A stretch of 64,000 nt of DNA from an uncultured Gemmatimonadales bacterium (GCA_963798915.1 CAWCVB010000003.1:32001-96000); one strand, 5' to 3'; numbered from the stretch's first letter, positions 40,325 to 53,048 are shown. A program made the numbers and translations. Notes: generated by a model from the letters alone, not told the origin.

Positions 40325-42682
40325 CTAGCGAATCACATTCAACAGCCGCGACCGCGTCACGCTCTTACCGCTTCCCTCCTCCGTTACTGTCATTGTCATC
40401 CGATACTGCCCGCCCTTGAGCGGGTCGAGTGCCACGCTCCGGCGCAAGCGCATCATGGGGCCGGTCGCCTTTTCCGAGAATCCCAGTCGCACCTCGCCCT
40501 TCGCGTCGCCGGCGATGCCCTTGAGCTCGAGTTGCGTCTGGTATTCCCGACCTGTCGTCGCCCCGCTCAGCTCGTAGTACACCTCGACGCTGCCGGATCT
40601 GGGATACGCATCGAGCGGACTCAGGGGCACGTCACCAGCAGGCGAATGCCAGGCCAGGCCTGAACCCTCCCGCCCAAACACGAGATCACTGAGTCCAAGC
40701 TGACTGCCTGGCGCCAGCATCACGGCTCGGCGCTCGAGCGCACCGCCGGCGTCGACATCCGGCTGCGTCACCAGCAGCCGCACATCCCACGTGCCGGCAC
40801 CAAGTGGCATCTCCTCAGTCCCGTACAGGTACTGACCCTGCCGCAGCGTGTCGGCGGCGCGGAAGTAGCGCGTGGTGTCCTGACGAATGATGTGCGCCGC
40901 AGCGTCGGTGGCGATAAAGCGTAGCGCGAGGGAATAGACCACTCCACCCTGGGGAAGCGGCGTGGGGGTGAGCTGATCTCCAGCGAGAGCGAAGACCGCC
41001 AACACACGCCCGGTGCGGTCGGCCGGTTGCCCCACGGCATAGAACTGGGCCAGCACCTCAATGCGCTTGGCGTAATTGACCGGGAACTCGTCGCTCGATA
41101 GCCCCACGGCGATATCTCGTTTTCCGTCTCTCACCAGCTGCTGCACCAGACTCTGGGCCACGCCGGAAGTGGTGCCGGAGAGAATCTTGCTTCTTTGAGA
41201 AGCCGGATCCGTGGTGCGGAGCTCGCCTTCGAGGGCCGCGAACCGCGGATCGAGGCCCGCGCGGGCGCCGATCATCTCCGGATTGAGTGGCAGCATCGCA
41301 ACCAGCGTGGTGGCCGCACTGGTGCCGAGCGCCAGGCTGCCGCAGAAATGGAACAGCAGCGTGCCATGTGGCGTCACGTACTTCCAGCTTTCGTTGGGCC
41401 GGGTTTCGGTCTGTGCAGGCGTCGCTTCGGTCACTCGCTTCCCGGGCAAGGGAGCCGTCGAGAGGGCTCGTTCCTGCGCCGCGGCCGCACGCTCATCGGG
41501 CGCGCCGTGGCGCATGTAGATCAGCCCGCGGTCGTCCACTTGGCGCTTGCCGCGCCAGGTGGCGGCGTAGACACCTGGCTCGAGGAGCTGCAGGTCGGGT
41601 GCTGATGTCTGTTCCGGATCATCGCGCAGCGACGGGATAATGCCTGGTCCGCAATTGGCGCCCCCGCGCTGGGGCGTGCCTTCTGCTCTCGCACTCACCT
41701 GGAAGTGCTCGAACACATAGCGCCAGCGCCGCACATGCTCGGCCAGCCGCTCGCCCGGCGCGCGCAATTCCTCCGCATCCCGCTTGGCCCAGAACGCCGC
41801 GACGAATGCGCCCATGCTGTCGAGTGGCGCGGCGTCAAAGGCGGCCAGCTCGTCGGGCGTGGCGACCCACGCCAGGTCGCGCCGGTACTGCTCGCGCGCC
41901 AGGCTGTCGGCAATCCGGGCGCCCTCGAGGTAGGACGTGGTCGCCGCCGACACCTGGCCCAGGTCGTAGAGTGAGCGGGCCTGCTCCAGGAGTCCCAATG
42001 CCGAGTCCCCACCCAAGGCCACATACTGTCGGAAAGCCGCCACTGCCGAATCGGGTTCATGGAGATTGCGATAGACCCGGCCCAGAGCGAGCCACGGTGT
42101 CGGGACTTGATTGGTCGCCGCCGCGCGCCGCACCGCTCGTTTCAGCTCGCCATTGAGCCCGCGCTCACCGAAGGGGAGCAGGATGTCGCCCAGCAGGGCC
42201 GCGGCCGGCACAAAGCTGGAATCCGCATCCAAGGCCTGACCCAGCGCATGAAGAGCGGCATCGTGGTAGTAGACTCCCGCCCCGGAGTGCATCGAGGACT
42301 TGACCACCGCCCCACTGCTGTCGAGCGCCAGGTCGGTCAGAGCCAGCCCATACCAGGGCCAGGGCCAGTCCTCGGGCGCGCGGTAGATGGCTTCGTCAAA
42401 GAGTGCCTGGGCCCGGTCCAGTGCGGCACGCCCGGGGGACAGCTCGCCCGCCCGGAGCTGGACCAGTCCGGCCTGGAGCAGGAGGCTTGCGTCAGCTTGA
42501 TGTTGCTGCACCTGCGCTTGCTCCGCAGCGGCACGAGTTTGCGCGTCGGCGAACAATGCGATAGTGCTGGTGGAGTCCCGCAGGGCCACGAGGTGGGTGC
42601 GCAGTGCCGGCTGCTGGGCGCTCAGCAGAGCGGGCGAGGCGGGCAGGAGGAGCGGGATCATCAGCCAGTGGAGCGAGCGCAT
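40325..42682 (-). CDS. Exported TPR-like + GWxTD-domain-like protein
   Basis: Signal peptide, helical repeats, AFWAKRD, ERLAEHVRRWRY, DDRGLIYMRHGAPD, ESWKY. Confidence 0.75.
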   Translation of the reverse strand: MRSLHWLMIPLLLPASPALLSAQQPALRTHLVALRDSTSTIALFADAQTRAAAEQAQVQQHQADASLLLQAGLVQLRAGELSPGRAALDRAQALFDEAIYRAPEDWPWPWYGLALTDLALDSSGAVVKSSMHSGAGVYYHDAALHALGQALDADSSFVPAAALLGDILLPFGERGLNGELKRAVRRAAATNQVPTPWLALGRVYRNLHEPDSAVAAFRQYVALGGDSALGLLEQARSLYDLGQVSAATTSYLEGARIADSLAREQYRRDLAWVATPDELAAFDAAPLDSMGAFVAAFWAKRDAEELRAPGERLAEHVRRWRYVFEHFQVSARAEGTPQRGGANCGPGIIPSLRDDPEQTSAPDLQLLEPGVYAATWRGKRQVDDRGLIYMRHGAPDERAAAAQERALSTAPLPGKRVTEATPAQTETRPNESWKYVTPHGTLLFHFCGSLALGTSAATTLVAMLPLNPEMIGARAGLDPRFAALEGELRTTDPASQRSKILSGTTSGVAQSLVQQLVRDGKRDIAVGLSSDEFPVNYAKRIEVLAQFYAVGQPADRTGRVLAVFALAGDQLTPTPLPQGGVVYSLALRFIATDAAAHIIRQDTTRYFRAADTLRQGQYLYGTEEMPLGAGTWDVRLLVTQPDVDAGGALERRAVMLAPGSQLGLSDLVFGREGSGLAWHSPAGDVPLSPLDAYPRSGSVEVYYELSGATTGREYQTQLELKGIAGDAKGEVRLGFSEKATGPMMRLRRSVALDPLKGGQYRMTMTVTEEGSGKSVTRSRLLNVIR

Positions 42683-42745
42683 GATGGGTGTCCTGGGCGG
42701 AATACTTCGGTGACGTTGACGCGCGGCGCCTGGTGCACAGGTGAG

Positions 42746-42833
42746 GGCTCGGCGGCTCGGCGGCTCGGCGGCTCGGCGGCTCGGCGGCTCGGCGGCTCGG
42801 CGGCTCGGCGGCTCGGCGGCTCGGCGGCTCGGC
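42746..42833. repeat. Perfect tandem repeat (GGCTCGGC)11
   Basis: 88 bp, 11 identical units, intergenic. Confidence 0.97.
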
Positions 42834-42856
42834 GGACCGAAGCTCGCCCGTCCTGT

Positions 42857-43618
42857 CTAGTCCAATCTCGCCTTCACCCGTCCGCCAACTCCGATTCCCA
42901 GTCGCCGTGCCGCAGAGCCATCGCGCACGGCAATTTCGATGTGTCCATCTGACCCTGCGTATGCCAGCAGCACGCCTGTCGCCACATCGGCGAAGGTGCG
43001 GCGCAGCCGACCGATTGCGACACCTTCGACCTCGAGGGATGCGTAGTCCGGCATGTTGTCGGACGTGAAGTTGGTGACCAGCGTGCCGAACCGGTCCACG
43101 TAGATCACTTCGCCAATCAGCACCTTGCCTTCGTGATACGGCTCCCGCGTGGCCAGCCGTTCGGGAATGCCGCTGAAGGGAGGGCCGAGGTCACCCAGGG
43201 CCGTTCCCGTCGCGAGCCGCGCCGCGGCCGGCGCGAAGAGATCCCGTCCATGGAAGGTGGGCGCCGCCCAGTCTGGCTCCGCCAGCACGACCGCGCGCAC
43301 CGGTGCATTCCGCATGACGAACGAAAAGAGCCCGTTGTCGGGCCCGATGAAAAAGTGTCCGTGCACCTCGAGCGCAACCGCCGCGCGTGCGGTCCCGACG
43401 CCGGGATCCACCACGGCCAGATGGATCGACCCCGCGGGAAAGTTTCGCCAGGCCCGGTCCAGCACATAGGCCGCGGCGCGCACATCGCCCGGCGCAATCG
43501 CATGCGAGATATCCACCAGCACCGCATGGGGCGCCGCCGAAAGGATGACGCCTTTCATTTCGGCGACGTAGGAATCGGCCGTGCCGAAGTCGGTGAGCAG
43601 GGTGACGATCGTGGGCAC
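42857..43618 (-). CDS. SAM hydroxide adenosyltransferase (DUF62 family)
   Basis: TLLTDFG, VVDPGVGTAR, GPDNG, TFHGRD, DRFG; GTG start at 43618. Confidence 0.9.
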   Translation of the reverse strand: MPTIVTLLTDFGTADSYVAEMKGVILSAAPHAVLVDISHAIAPGDVRAAAYVLDRAWRNFPAGSIHLAVVDPGVGTARAAVALEVHGHFFIGPDNGLFSFVMRNAPVRAVVLAEPDWAAPTFHGRDLFAPAAARLATGTALGDLGPPFSGIPERLATREPYHEGKVLIGEVIYVDRFGTLVTNFTSDNMPDYASLEVEGVAIGRLRRTFADVATGVLLAYAGSDGHIEIAVRDGSAARRLGIGVGGRVKARLD

Positions 43619-43629
43619 GCGCCCGCCGA

Positions 43630-44724
43630 TCAGGAGTTGATGATGGGCAGTGAGAAGCTGGAGGAGGCCGCGGCGCTCACCACTGCACCGGCAATGGCGG
43701 CAAGTGCTTCCGCGGCGGCGGAGTTCGGTGCATCGACCAGCACCGGCGTGCCATGGTCGGCGGCATCGGCGAGACCCGGCTGCAGCGGCACGGTGCCCAG
43801 CAGGGGCACACCCAGCTCCTCGGCCAGTCGCTGGCCACCGCCGGAGGAGAAGAGTTCCCAACGCCGCCCGGTCTCCGGGTCAGTGAAGCCACTCATGTTT
43901 TCCACTACGCCGAGCACCGGCACGCCGACCCGCTCGAACATCCTGGCGCCGCGGAGCGCGTCACCGACCGCCATCTCCTGCGGCGTGGTGATAATGACCG
44001 CGCCCGACACCTGCGTCGCCTGCACCAGGGAAAGCTGCGCATCACCGGTGCCAGGCGGGAGGTCGACGATGAAATAGTCCAGTTCTCCCCAGGCAACGTC
44101 CTGCAGGAATTGCTGGATCACCTTCATGATGATCGGCCCACGCCAGATGGCGGGCGCATCGCGCTCCACCAGAAAGCCCAGCGACATCAGCCGGACGCCG
44201 TGCGCTTCCAGCGGAATGATCTTCCGGGTCTCGGGATTCACTACCGGCTTTTCATGAAGACCGAACATGCGCGGCATGTTGGGACCGTAGATGTCGGCAT
44301 CCATGACGCCGACCCGGTGACCCGCCTGCGCCAGTGCGACGGCGATATTGGCGGCCACGGTGGACTTGCCCACCCCGCCCTTGCCGCTGGAGATGGCGAT
44401 GACCGTGCCGAGCTCTTCCCGGCGCTGCGGCGCTGGCGTCGCCGGCTCACTTCCGGGCGGGCCGTGCGCCGAGCGGGCAGGGGCTGGATTGGTAACCTGG
44501 ATCTTGACGTCCGTCACGCCCTCGATCATCTCGACGGCACGGCGCACCTGGCGAACCAGGGTGCCCTTGTCCTCATTGGCAAGCAGGAAGGTGAAAGCAA
44601 CCCGGCCGTCGGCGCTGACATCAAGATTCCGGACCATGCCGGCCGACAGCACGTCATTTTCCAGCCGCTCATTCCGGATGCGGGCGAGCGCCGCCACGAC
44701 CTGTGCCTCGAGGGGCTCCGTCAC
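43630..44724 (-). CDS. mrp: Mrp/ApbC Fe-S carrier ATPase
   Basis: SGKGGVGKST, DADIYGP, WRGP, DLPPGTGD, VENMS; GTG start at 44724. Confidence 0.93.
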   Translation of the reverse strand: MTEPLEAQVVAALARIRNERLENDVLSAGMVRNLDVSADGRVAFTFLLANEDKGTLVRQVRRAVEMIEGVTDVKIQVTNPAPARSAHGPPGSEPATPAPQRREELGTVIAISSGKGGVGKSTVAANIAVALAQAGHRVGVMDADIYGPNMPRMFGLHEKPVVNPETRKIIPLEAHGVRLMSLGFLVERDAPAIWRGPIIMKVIQQFLQDVAWGELDYFIVDLPPGTGDAQLSLVQATQVSGAVIITTPQEMAVGDALRGARMFERVGVPVLGVVENMSGFTDPETGRRWELFSSGGGQRLAEELGVPLLGTVPLQPGLADAADHGTPVLVDAPNSAAAEALAAIAGAVVSAAASSSFSLPIINS

Positions 44725-44957
44725 ACCGCCTCCACGTGCCGCACCTCGGGCACCATCTGCCGCAGCCGGTGTTCCAGTCCGTGCTTGAGGGTCACGGTGC
44801 TCGCGGAACAGCCGTGGCAATGCCCGCCCATCCGCACCAGCAGGACGCCGTCGCCGGCGTCAAAGTCGATCACTTCGACGCTGCCCCGGTGCGACTGGAT
44901 ATACGGCCGCAGGGTATCGATCGTGCGCTCAATGCGCTCCATCAGGTCGTCGTTCAT
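44721..44957 (-). CDS. NifU C-terminal (Nfu) domain protein
   Basis: LRPYIQSHRGSVE, GHCHGC..STVTLK.G.E. Confidence 0.9.
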   Translation of the reverse strand: MNDDLMERIERTIDTLRPYIQSHRGSVEVIDFDAGDGVLLVRMGGHCHGCSASTVTLKHGLEHRLRQMVPEVRHVEAV

Positions 44958-45967
44958 GTCTCTGCAATATACTCGCGCGCCGCCGCCAGGATCGTCGATT
45001 GGACCTCGCCAAGTGAGCCGGTCACGGCCAGCCCGGCGGCCTTGGTGTGGCCGCCGCCGCCGTAGCGACGCGCAAACGCCGCCACGTCGATGCCGCCCAC
45101 CGAGCGCAGCGAGACCTTGACCCTCCCCTGCGACGCCTCGCGGAACAGCAGCGCCATGCGGATACCCTCGATGCTGCGGGCAAATTCGACCACGCCGTCG
45201 AGGTCATCCGATGACACGCCATGCCGTTCCAGTGCGCCCGGTGGAACCGTGATCCACGAGAGCTGGTGCTCCGGCTCCACCACGAGCGTCTGCAGCGCCT
45301 CGGCAAAGAGCCGGGGACGGCCGGCCGGCGCGCTGGCGTAGACGTCCAGATAGATCTGTTCCGGGTCTACACCGGTCTCGAGCAGTTCGGCCGCGACCCG
45401 GAGGGTCCGGGGGCGCGTGTTGCTGAAGCGGAAACCGCCTGTGTCCGTCAGCAGGGCAACATAGAGCGCCCGCGCGATCGGTCCCGACAGGGGCCAGCTA
45501 TTGGCGGCGGCGACCTCAAACACCAGCTCGCCCGTGGCCGACGCATTGGGGTCCACGTACCGCGGACCGTCCGGCAGCGCCCCGACTCCCACGTGATGAT
45601 CGATGCAGGCCACGGGAACACCGCGCGTCCGGACGGTATCCGCCAGCATGCCCAGGCGACCGAGATCAGAGATATCGAGCACCACGATGACGTCCGCTCG
45701 GCGCAGCTCCTTGATGGCGTCCTGGGTGTGATCCGCCCCGGGGACTTCCGCCAGCAGGAAATCGAAACGCGGGGGCGTGGGCGTGGGGTTGGTTATGGAG
45801 CAGACGACGTTTCGCGCGCGCAGCATGTGCAGGAGGGCGATTTCACTGCCCAGTCCGTCGCCATCGGGGTTCACGTGCGTGGTGAGGCAGACGCGCATGC
45901 CGGGCTTGATAGCGTCAGCGAGGGCGCGGCCCGCGGCGGATTTCTCCGCGGAGAGGTTCCATGGCAT
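44954..45967 (-). CDS. nrnA: DHH-family oligoribonuclease/pAp phosphatase
   Basis: HVNPDGD, IDHH, TDTGGF, SLRS, GGGGH..AAG; start at ATG 45967. Confidence 0.9.
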   Translation of the reverse strand: MPWNLSAEKSAAGRALADAIKPGMRVCLTTHVNPDGDGLGSEIALLHMLRARNVVCSITNPTPTPPRFDFLLAEVPGADHTQDAIKELRRADVIVVLDISDLGRLGMLADTVRTRGVPVACIDHHVGVGALPDGPRYVDPNASATGELVFEVAAANSWPLSGPIARALYVALLTDTGGFRFSNTRPRTLRVAAELLETGVDPEQIYLDVYASAPAGRPRLFAEALQTLVVEPEHQLSWITVPPGALERHGVSSDDLDGVVEFARSIEGIRMALLFREASQGRVKVSLRSVGGIDVAAFARRYGGGGHTKAAGLAVTGSLGEVQSTILAAAREYIAET

Positions 45968-46000
45968 GGGAGGAATGTAAGCGGGGAATGGGAAGGAGAG

Positions 46001-46087
46001 AAAAGCTGAAGGCTGAAGGCTGAAGGCTCCTCGCCAACAGTCCTCAGCCTTCACCCTTCAGCTTTCAGCTTTCTGCTTTCAGCCTTC
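46001..46087. repeat. Inverted heptamer arrays (GAAGGCT-like x4 / AGCYTTC-like x7)
   Basis: aaaagct gaaggct gaaggct gaaggct ... agtcctc agccttc acccttc agctttc agctttc tgctttc agccttc; includes the permease stop. Confidence 0.9.
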
Positions 46088-47587
46088 AGCGCCCCGCGCT
46101 GCCTCCCGCTCCCGCTGCAGCACGCTGTGCTTCCGGCTGTAGCCAAAGTAGATGAGGAAGCCGATGATCAGCCACACCAGGAGGCGCTTCCAGGTGGCCC
46201 CAGGGAGGGTCGCCATGAGGCCCAGACAGGAAAGAATGCCGAGAATCGGCACCAGTGGCACCCACGGAGTCCGGAACGGACGCTCGAGGTCCGGCCGCTT
46301 GTGGCGCAGAATCCAGACGCCGGCGCAGACCAGTACGAATGCGAGCAGGGTTCCGATATTCACCATCTCGCCCAGGATCTGGATGGGGAAGATTCCGGCG
46401 ACGAGGGCGACGATGAGCCCCACCCAGATGGTCGACAGGTATGGGGTCCGGAATCGCGGATGGACCTTGCCGGCCCACGGCCCCATGAGCCCGTCACGGG
46501 ACATCGAGTAGAACACCCGCGACTGGCCCAGGAGCATCACCAGCACCACCGAGCCAAGCCCAAGCACCGCGCCGAGCGTAATCAGGGGTGTCATCCACGT
46601 CAGGCCCGGGGTCACCCTGACCGCGTATCCCACCGGGTCTGGCACGTTGAGCGCGGTGTATTTGACCATGCCCGTGAGAACCAGGGAGACCAGGATGTAG
46701 AGCAGGGTGCAGATGCCCAGCGAGGCGAGAATGCCGATGGGCATGTCGCGCTGCGGATTCTTGGCCTCCTGGGCGGCCGTACTAACGGCGTCGAAGCCGA
46801 TATAGGCAAAGAAGACCAGGCCGGCTCCGCTCAGGATGCCGGAGACACCATAGGCTCCGAAGCTTCCGAGATTAGCCGGAATCATGGGCGTCCAGTTGGC
46901 CGGGTTCACATAACGGACGCCAAAAGCGATGAACAGCACCACCACGGCGAGCTTGAGCAGGACGATGACATTGTTGACCTTGGCGCTCTCTTCGATCCCG
47001 ATGGTGAGCACCGTGGTGGCGAGCAGGACCACCAGCATGGCCGGCACGTTAATGACCGCTCCGGTCAGGTTGAATCCGGTGTGCACGCACCCGGCGAGCG
47101 ATTGCACCACCTCGGTCTGCGTGCAGAAGGCCAGCGGTGCCGTCGAAAAGTGCACCGGGATGTGGATGCCCAGAAAATTGAACAGCCCCACGAGGTAGCC
47201 GGACCAACCCACGCCGACCGTCGCGGCGCCCAGTGAATACTCCAGAATCAGATCCCAGCCGATGATCCAGGCGACAAATTCGCCCATGGTGGCATAGGAG
47301 TAGGTGTACGCGCTGCCGGCAACGGGTACGGCACTCGCCATTTCGGCGTAACAGAGGCCGGCAAAGCCACAGGCAATGCCGGCGGCAATGAAAGAGACCC
47401 AGACCGCGGGGCCCGCGTGCAGTGCCGCGGCCACCCCGGTGAGGACAAAGATGCCCGCGCCGATGATGGCGCCGATGCCGAGGGTGGTCAGGTTGAGCGC
47501 GCCGAGGCTGCGGCTCAGTGAACGTTCGCCAGTCTCCTCCGCTTCAGCGCGGAGGACCGAGATGGACTTCGTGGCCCAGAGACTCAT
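46079..47587 (-). CDS. APC-family amino acid permease
   Basis: GIGAIIGAGIFV, CYAEMAS..GSAY, FFAYIGFDAVST.AQE. Confidence 0.93.
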   Translation of the reverse strand: MSLWATKSISVLRAEAEETGERSLSRSLGALNLTTLGIGAIIGAGIFVLTGVAAALHAGPAVWVSFIAAGIACGFAGLCYAEMASAVPVAGSAYTYSYATMGEFVAWIIGWDLILEYSLGAATVGVGWSGYLVGLFNFLGIHIPVHFSTAPLAFCTQTEVVQSLAGCVHTGFNLTGAVINVPAMLVVLLATTVLTIGIEESAKVNNVIVLLKLAVVVLFIAFGVRYVNPANWTPMIPANLGSFGAYGVSGILSGAGLVFFAYIGFDAVSTAAQEAKNPQRDMPIGILASLGICTLLYILVSLVLTGMVKYTALNVPDPVGYAVRVTPGLTWMTPLITLGAVLGLGSVVLVMLLGQSRVFYSMSRDGLMGPWAGKVHPRFRTPYLSTIWVGLIVALVAGIFPIQILGEMVNIGTLLAFVLVCAGVWILRHKRPDLERPFRTPWVPLVPILGILSCLGLMATLPGATWKRLLVWLIIGFLIYFGYSRKHSVLQREREAARGAEG

Positions 47588-47618
47588 GCACCGCTCGCTG
47601 CTGGGGTGGAAGGGGGTG

Positions 47619-47696
47619 GACGGTCGACGGTCGTCAGTCGTCAGTCGTCAGTCGACAACTACGCATGCGACCGACGACTGTCGACAATCAACCGCT
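47619..47696. repeat. Inverted heptamer arrays (GACGGTC x2, GTCAGTC x3 / GACCGAC-like)
   Basis: gacggtc gacggtc gtcagtc gtcagtc gtcagtc ... gaccgac gactgtc gacaatc aaccgct. Confidence 0.85.
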
Positions 47697-47826
47697 ACAG
47701 CGACGTGCCGGGCGGCGGCAGTTTCTCCACCTGCGGCGTACTCATCAGCTTGGCATAGCACCAGACGGTGAGACTCAGTACGCAGCCCCATGCGATCAGC
47801 ATGAACAACAATGCGCCGGCGCTCAT
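47695..47826 (-). CDS. 43-aa single-TM protein, MetS-like small subunit of the NSS transporter
   Basis: MSAGALLFMLIAWGCVLSLTVWCYAKLMSTPQVEKLPPPGTSL*; ATGA overlap with the NSS stop; absent from the ORF track. Confidence 0.75.
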   Translation of the reverse strand: MSAGALLFMLIAWGCVLSLTVWCYAKLMSTPQVEKLPPPGTSL

Positions 47827-49424
47827 GAGATTTCCCCCCGGGCCTGGCTGGGGCGTGACTTCCGGGCCCAGGCGGCCTTGATGAGAATGAGTTGCAGGAC
47901 GAGCAGTCCGAGCATCACCAGTCGCGACGCCGTGCGGGTGGTGTGCTCACCCTCGGGAATGTCCCGGTAGAGCAGCGTGGGGACCGCGTCCTGCACCGTC
48001 CACCATGCCATCATGACCAGCAGGAACACCGGTGTCACGTAGGTCATGACAAACTTGAAGATCCGCGGGATTCGGATCGATGCGCCTTCATGCAGTTCGC
48101 GCCAAGCATTCTCCGGACCGAACACCCACATGAAGATGATCGTCTCGATCAGCGCCAGCACCACCAGGCCGAAGGTTCCCGCCCAGTAATCCCACTCGGC
48201 CAGGAAGCCACCGGTGTACCAGATGATATGGCACAACCCCAGCGCCATGGCAATGAAGCCGATGGTCCACGCGCTGCGCTTCCGGGTCCAGCCGAAATGC
48301 TCCTCCATGAACGAGAGCGCGGGCGTCGCCATTGCTACCGATGACGTGATGCCGGCAAAGAAAAGCAGGCCGAACCACATCACGCCCGCGATGGTGGCCA
48401 TGAACTGGCCGCCAGGCAACTGGTTGAAGACCAGTGGCATGGCCACGAAGCCCAGGTCGAAGGTGCCGCCCTTGGCGATCGCCACCGCGCCCGTGATGCC
48501 GAAGAACGCCACGATGGCCGGGATGGCCAGCGAACCGCCGAGCACGACCTCGGCTGTCTCGTTGGTGGCCGCCGTGGCCAGCCCGGACAACACGATGTCA
48601 TCCTTCTTGGTCAGGTACGACGCGTAGGCCTGCAGCGAGCCCATCCCCACGGACAGCGTAAAGAAGATCTGTCCCGCCGCCGCCAGCCAGACGCTCGGCT
48701 TGTTCAGCGCCGCCCAGTTGGGCGTGTACATCCAGTTGAGGCCCTGCCACGGGCCGATCATGTTGCCGGTGGCCACGCCATTGATCACTTCGGGATGGGA
48801 CCCGAGCGTCAGCACCCGGATGACCAGGATGGCGGCAAAGGCGAAGAGGATCGGCATGCCGATCTTGGCCAGCCGCTCGATGCCGGCGGTCAGGCCCTTG
48901 CTCACGACCCAGAAGTTGATCAGGATCGTGATGAAGAAGAAGATGAATGGCGTCCAGAGACTGTGCACCGCCCCATTTCCCAGATCCTGGTACGAGGCCA
49001 GAAACTGGCGCATGCCAGCCTGATCGAGGCCATGGGTTGCGCCGGTGACGGAGAAAAGCGTCCACGCCAGGGTCCACGATTCGATGTAGCAGTAGTAGAT
49101 CAGCACCACCAGGGGCATGAAGATGCCCAGGACGCCCAGGTACTTGGCGAGCGGATTCTTCCAGAGCCGGTCAAACATCCCGGGTACCGATCCTTCGCCA
49201 TGCAACCCACCGTGCCGTCCAACACCCCACTCGATCCACATGAGCGGAATGCCCACCAGAATGAAGGCGATGAAGTACGGGATCATGAACGTCCCGCCGC
49301 CATTCTGGGTCAGCTGATTGGGAAAGCGCAGGAAATTGCCGAGGCCTACGGCGTTGCCGGCCATGGCCAGAATCAGGCCGATGCGAGATCCCCACTGTTC
49401 GCGGGGGGCTGCGGGGTCGGTCAT
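47823..49424 (-). CDS. Sodium-dependent transporter (NSS/SLC6 family)
   Basis: REQWGSRIG..AGNAVGLGNFLRFP, GGGTFMIPY, GQIFFTLSVG; start at ATG 49424. Confidence 0.94.
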   Translation of the reverse strand: MTDPAAPREQWGSRIGLILAMAGNAVGLGNFLRFPNQLTQNGGGTFMIPYFIAFILVGIPLMWIEWGVGRHGGLHGEGSVPGMFDRLWKNPLAKYLGVLGIFMPLVVLIYYCYIESWTLAWTLFSVTGATHGLDQAGMRQFLASYQDLGNGAVHSLWTPFIFFFITILINFWVVSKGLTAGIERLAKIGMPILFAFAAILVIRVLTLGSHPEVINGVATGNMIGPWQGLNWMYTPNWAALNKPSVWLAAAGQIFFTLSVGMGSLQAYASYLTKKDDIVLSGLATAATNETAEVVLGGSLAIPAIVAFFGITGAVAIAKGGTFDLGFVAMPLVFNQLPGGQFMATIAGVMWFGLLFFAGITSSVAMATPALSFMEEHFGWTRKRSAWTIGFIAMALGLCHIIWYTGGFLAEWDYWAGTFGLVVLALIETIIFMWVFGPENAWRELHEGASIRIPRIFKFVMTYVTPVFLLVMMAWWTVQDAVPTLLYRDIPEGEHTTRTASRLVMLGLLVLQLILIKAAWARKSRPSQARGEIS

Positions 49425-49449
49425 CTGGGATCCGGGTTGGGGTGGTGGT

Positions 49450-49498
49450 TTGGTCAATGGTCGACGGTCATTGGTCAACGGTCAACGGTCAAGCGTTC
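49450..49498. repeat. Tandem heptamer array (NYGGTCA-like x6)
   Basis: ttggtca atggtcg acggtca ttggtca acggtca acggtca, directly after the guaB stop. Confidence 0.85.
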
Positions 49499-49502
49499 AC
49501 CA

Positions 49503-52546
<3,044 letters not shown>

Positions 52547-52552
52547 GGAGTT

Positions 52553-52691
52553 GGGGATTAGGGGTTAGGGATTGGGGATTGGGGGTGAGGGATGAGGGAT
52601 GAGGGATGAGGGATCAGGGTTGTGCGACGAGCGTCAGTCTTTCCGCCCGAATCCCTCACCCCTGACCCCTATGCCCTATACCCCAATCCCC
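52553..52691. repeat. Inverted heptamer arrays (AGGGATK-like x10 / AATCCCT-like x6)
   Basis: ggggatt aggggtt agggatt ggggatt gggggtg agggatg agggatg agggatg agggatc agggttg ... aatccct cacccct gacccct atgccct atacccc aatcccc. Confidence 0.92.
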
Positions 52692-52694
52692 AGC

Positions 52695-53048
52695 TCAACG
52701 ATCCTGTGCTTTCCCGGGCAGCGATGGCGTTGTCGGTGTTGCACCACCGCCATCCACCGCGTTCACCGCTTCATCAACCACAGCCTGCCCCGCCGCTGCC
52801 AGGCCTTTCATGACCTTGGCGGCCCCGTCCACAAGGCCCATGGTGCCGCTGATGGCCTTGACCGGCAGCTTGCCGGCCCGCATGGTGTCCTCGACCGCAT
52901 CGGAGAGCCGGGCAAAGATGCCGGTCGGCCGCTGCCGCGCCGCGTACTTGCTCTCCAGGAACTCGACGTAGTCGAGCACCTGGTAGGCGCGCTCGTCCGT
53001 CAGAGATTCGAGGGCGCGCAGGATGCGCTGCTTCAGCAGGTCGTTCAC
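52695..53048 (-). CDS. Hypothetical protein (DUF2281-like N-terminus)
   Basis: LESLTDERAYQVLDYVEFLESKY; SD AAGGAG before GTG. Confidence 0.65.
   Translation of the reverse strand: MNDLLKQRILRALESLTDERAYQVLDYVEFLESKYAARQRPTGIFARLSDAVEDTMRAGKLPVKAISGTMGLVDGAAKVMKGLAAAGQAVVDEAVNAVDGGGATPTTPSLPGKAQDR

Noticed and set aside
42746..42833. Repeat arrays as CRISPR
   Set aside because: Units are 7-8 nt with no unique spacers, and there are no cas genes.
42857..43618. Possible fluorinase/chlorinase
   Set aside because: Retains the Asp/Arg (VDPGVGTAR) and His (TFHGRD) residues typical of DUF62 SAM hydrolases, in a housekeeping context.
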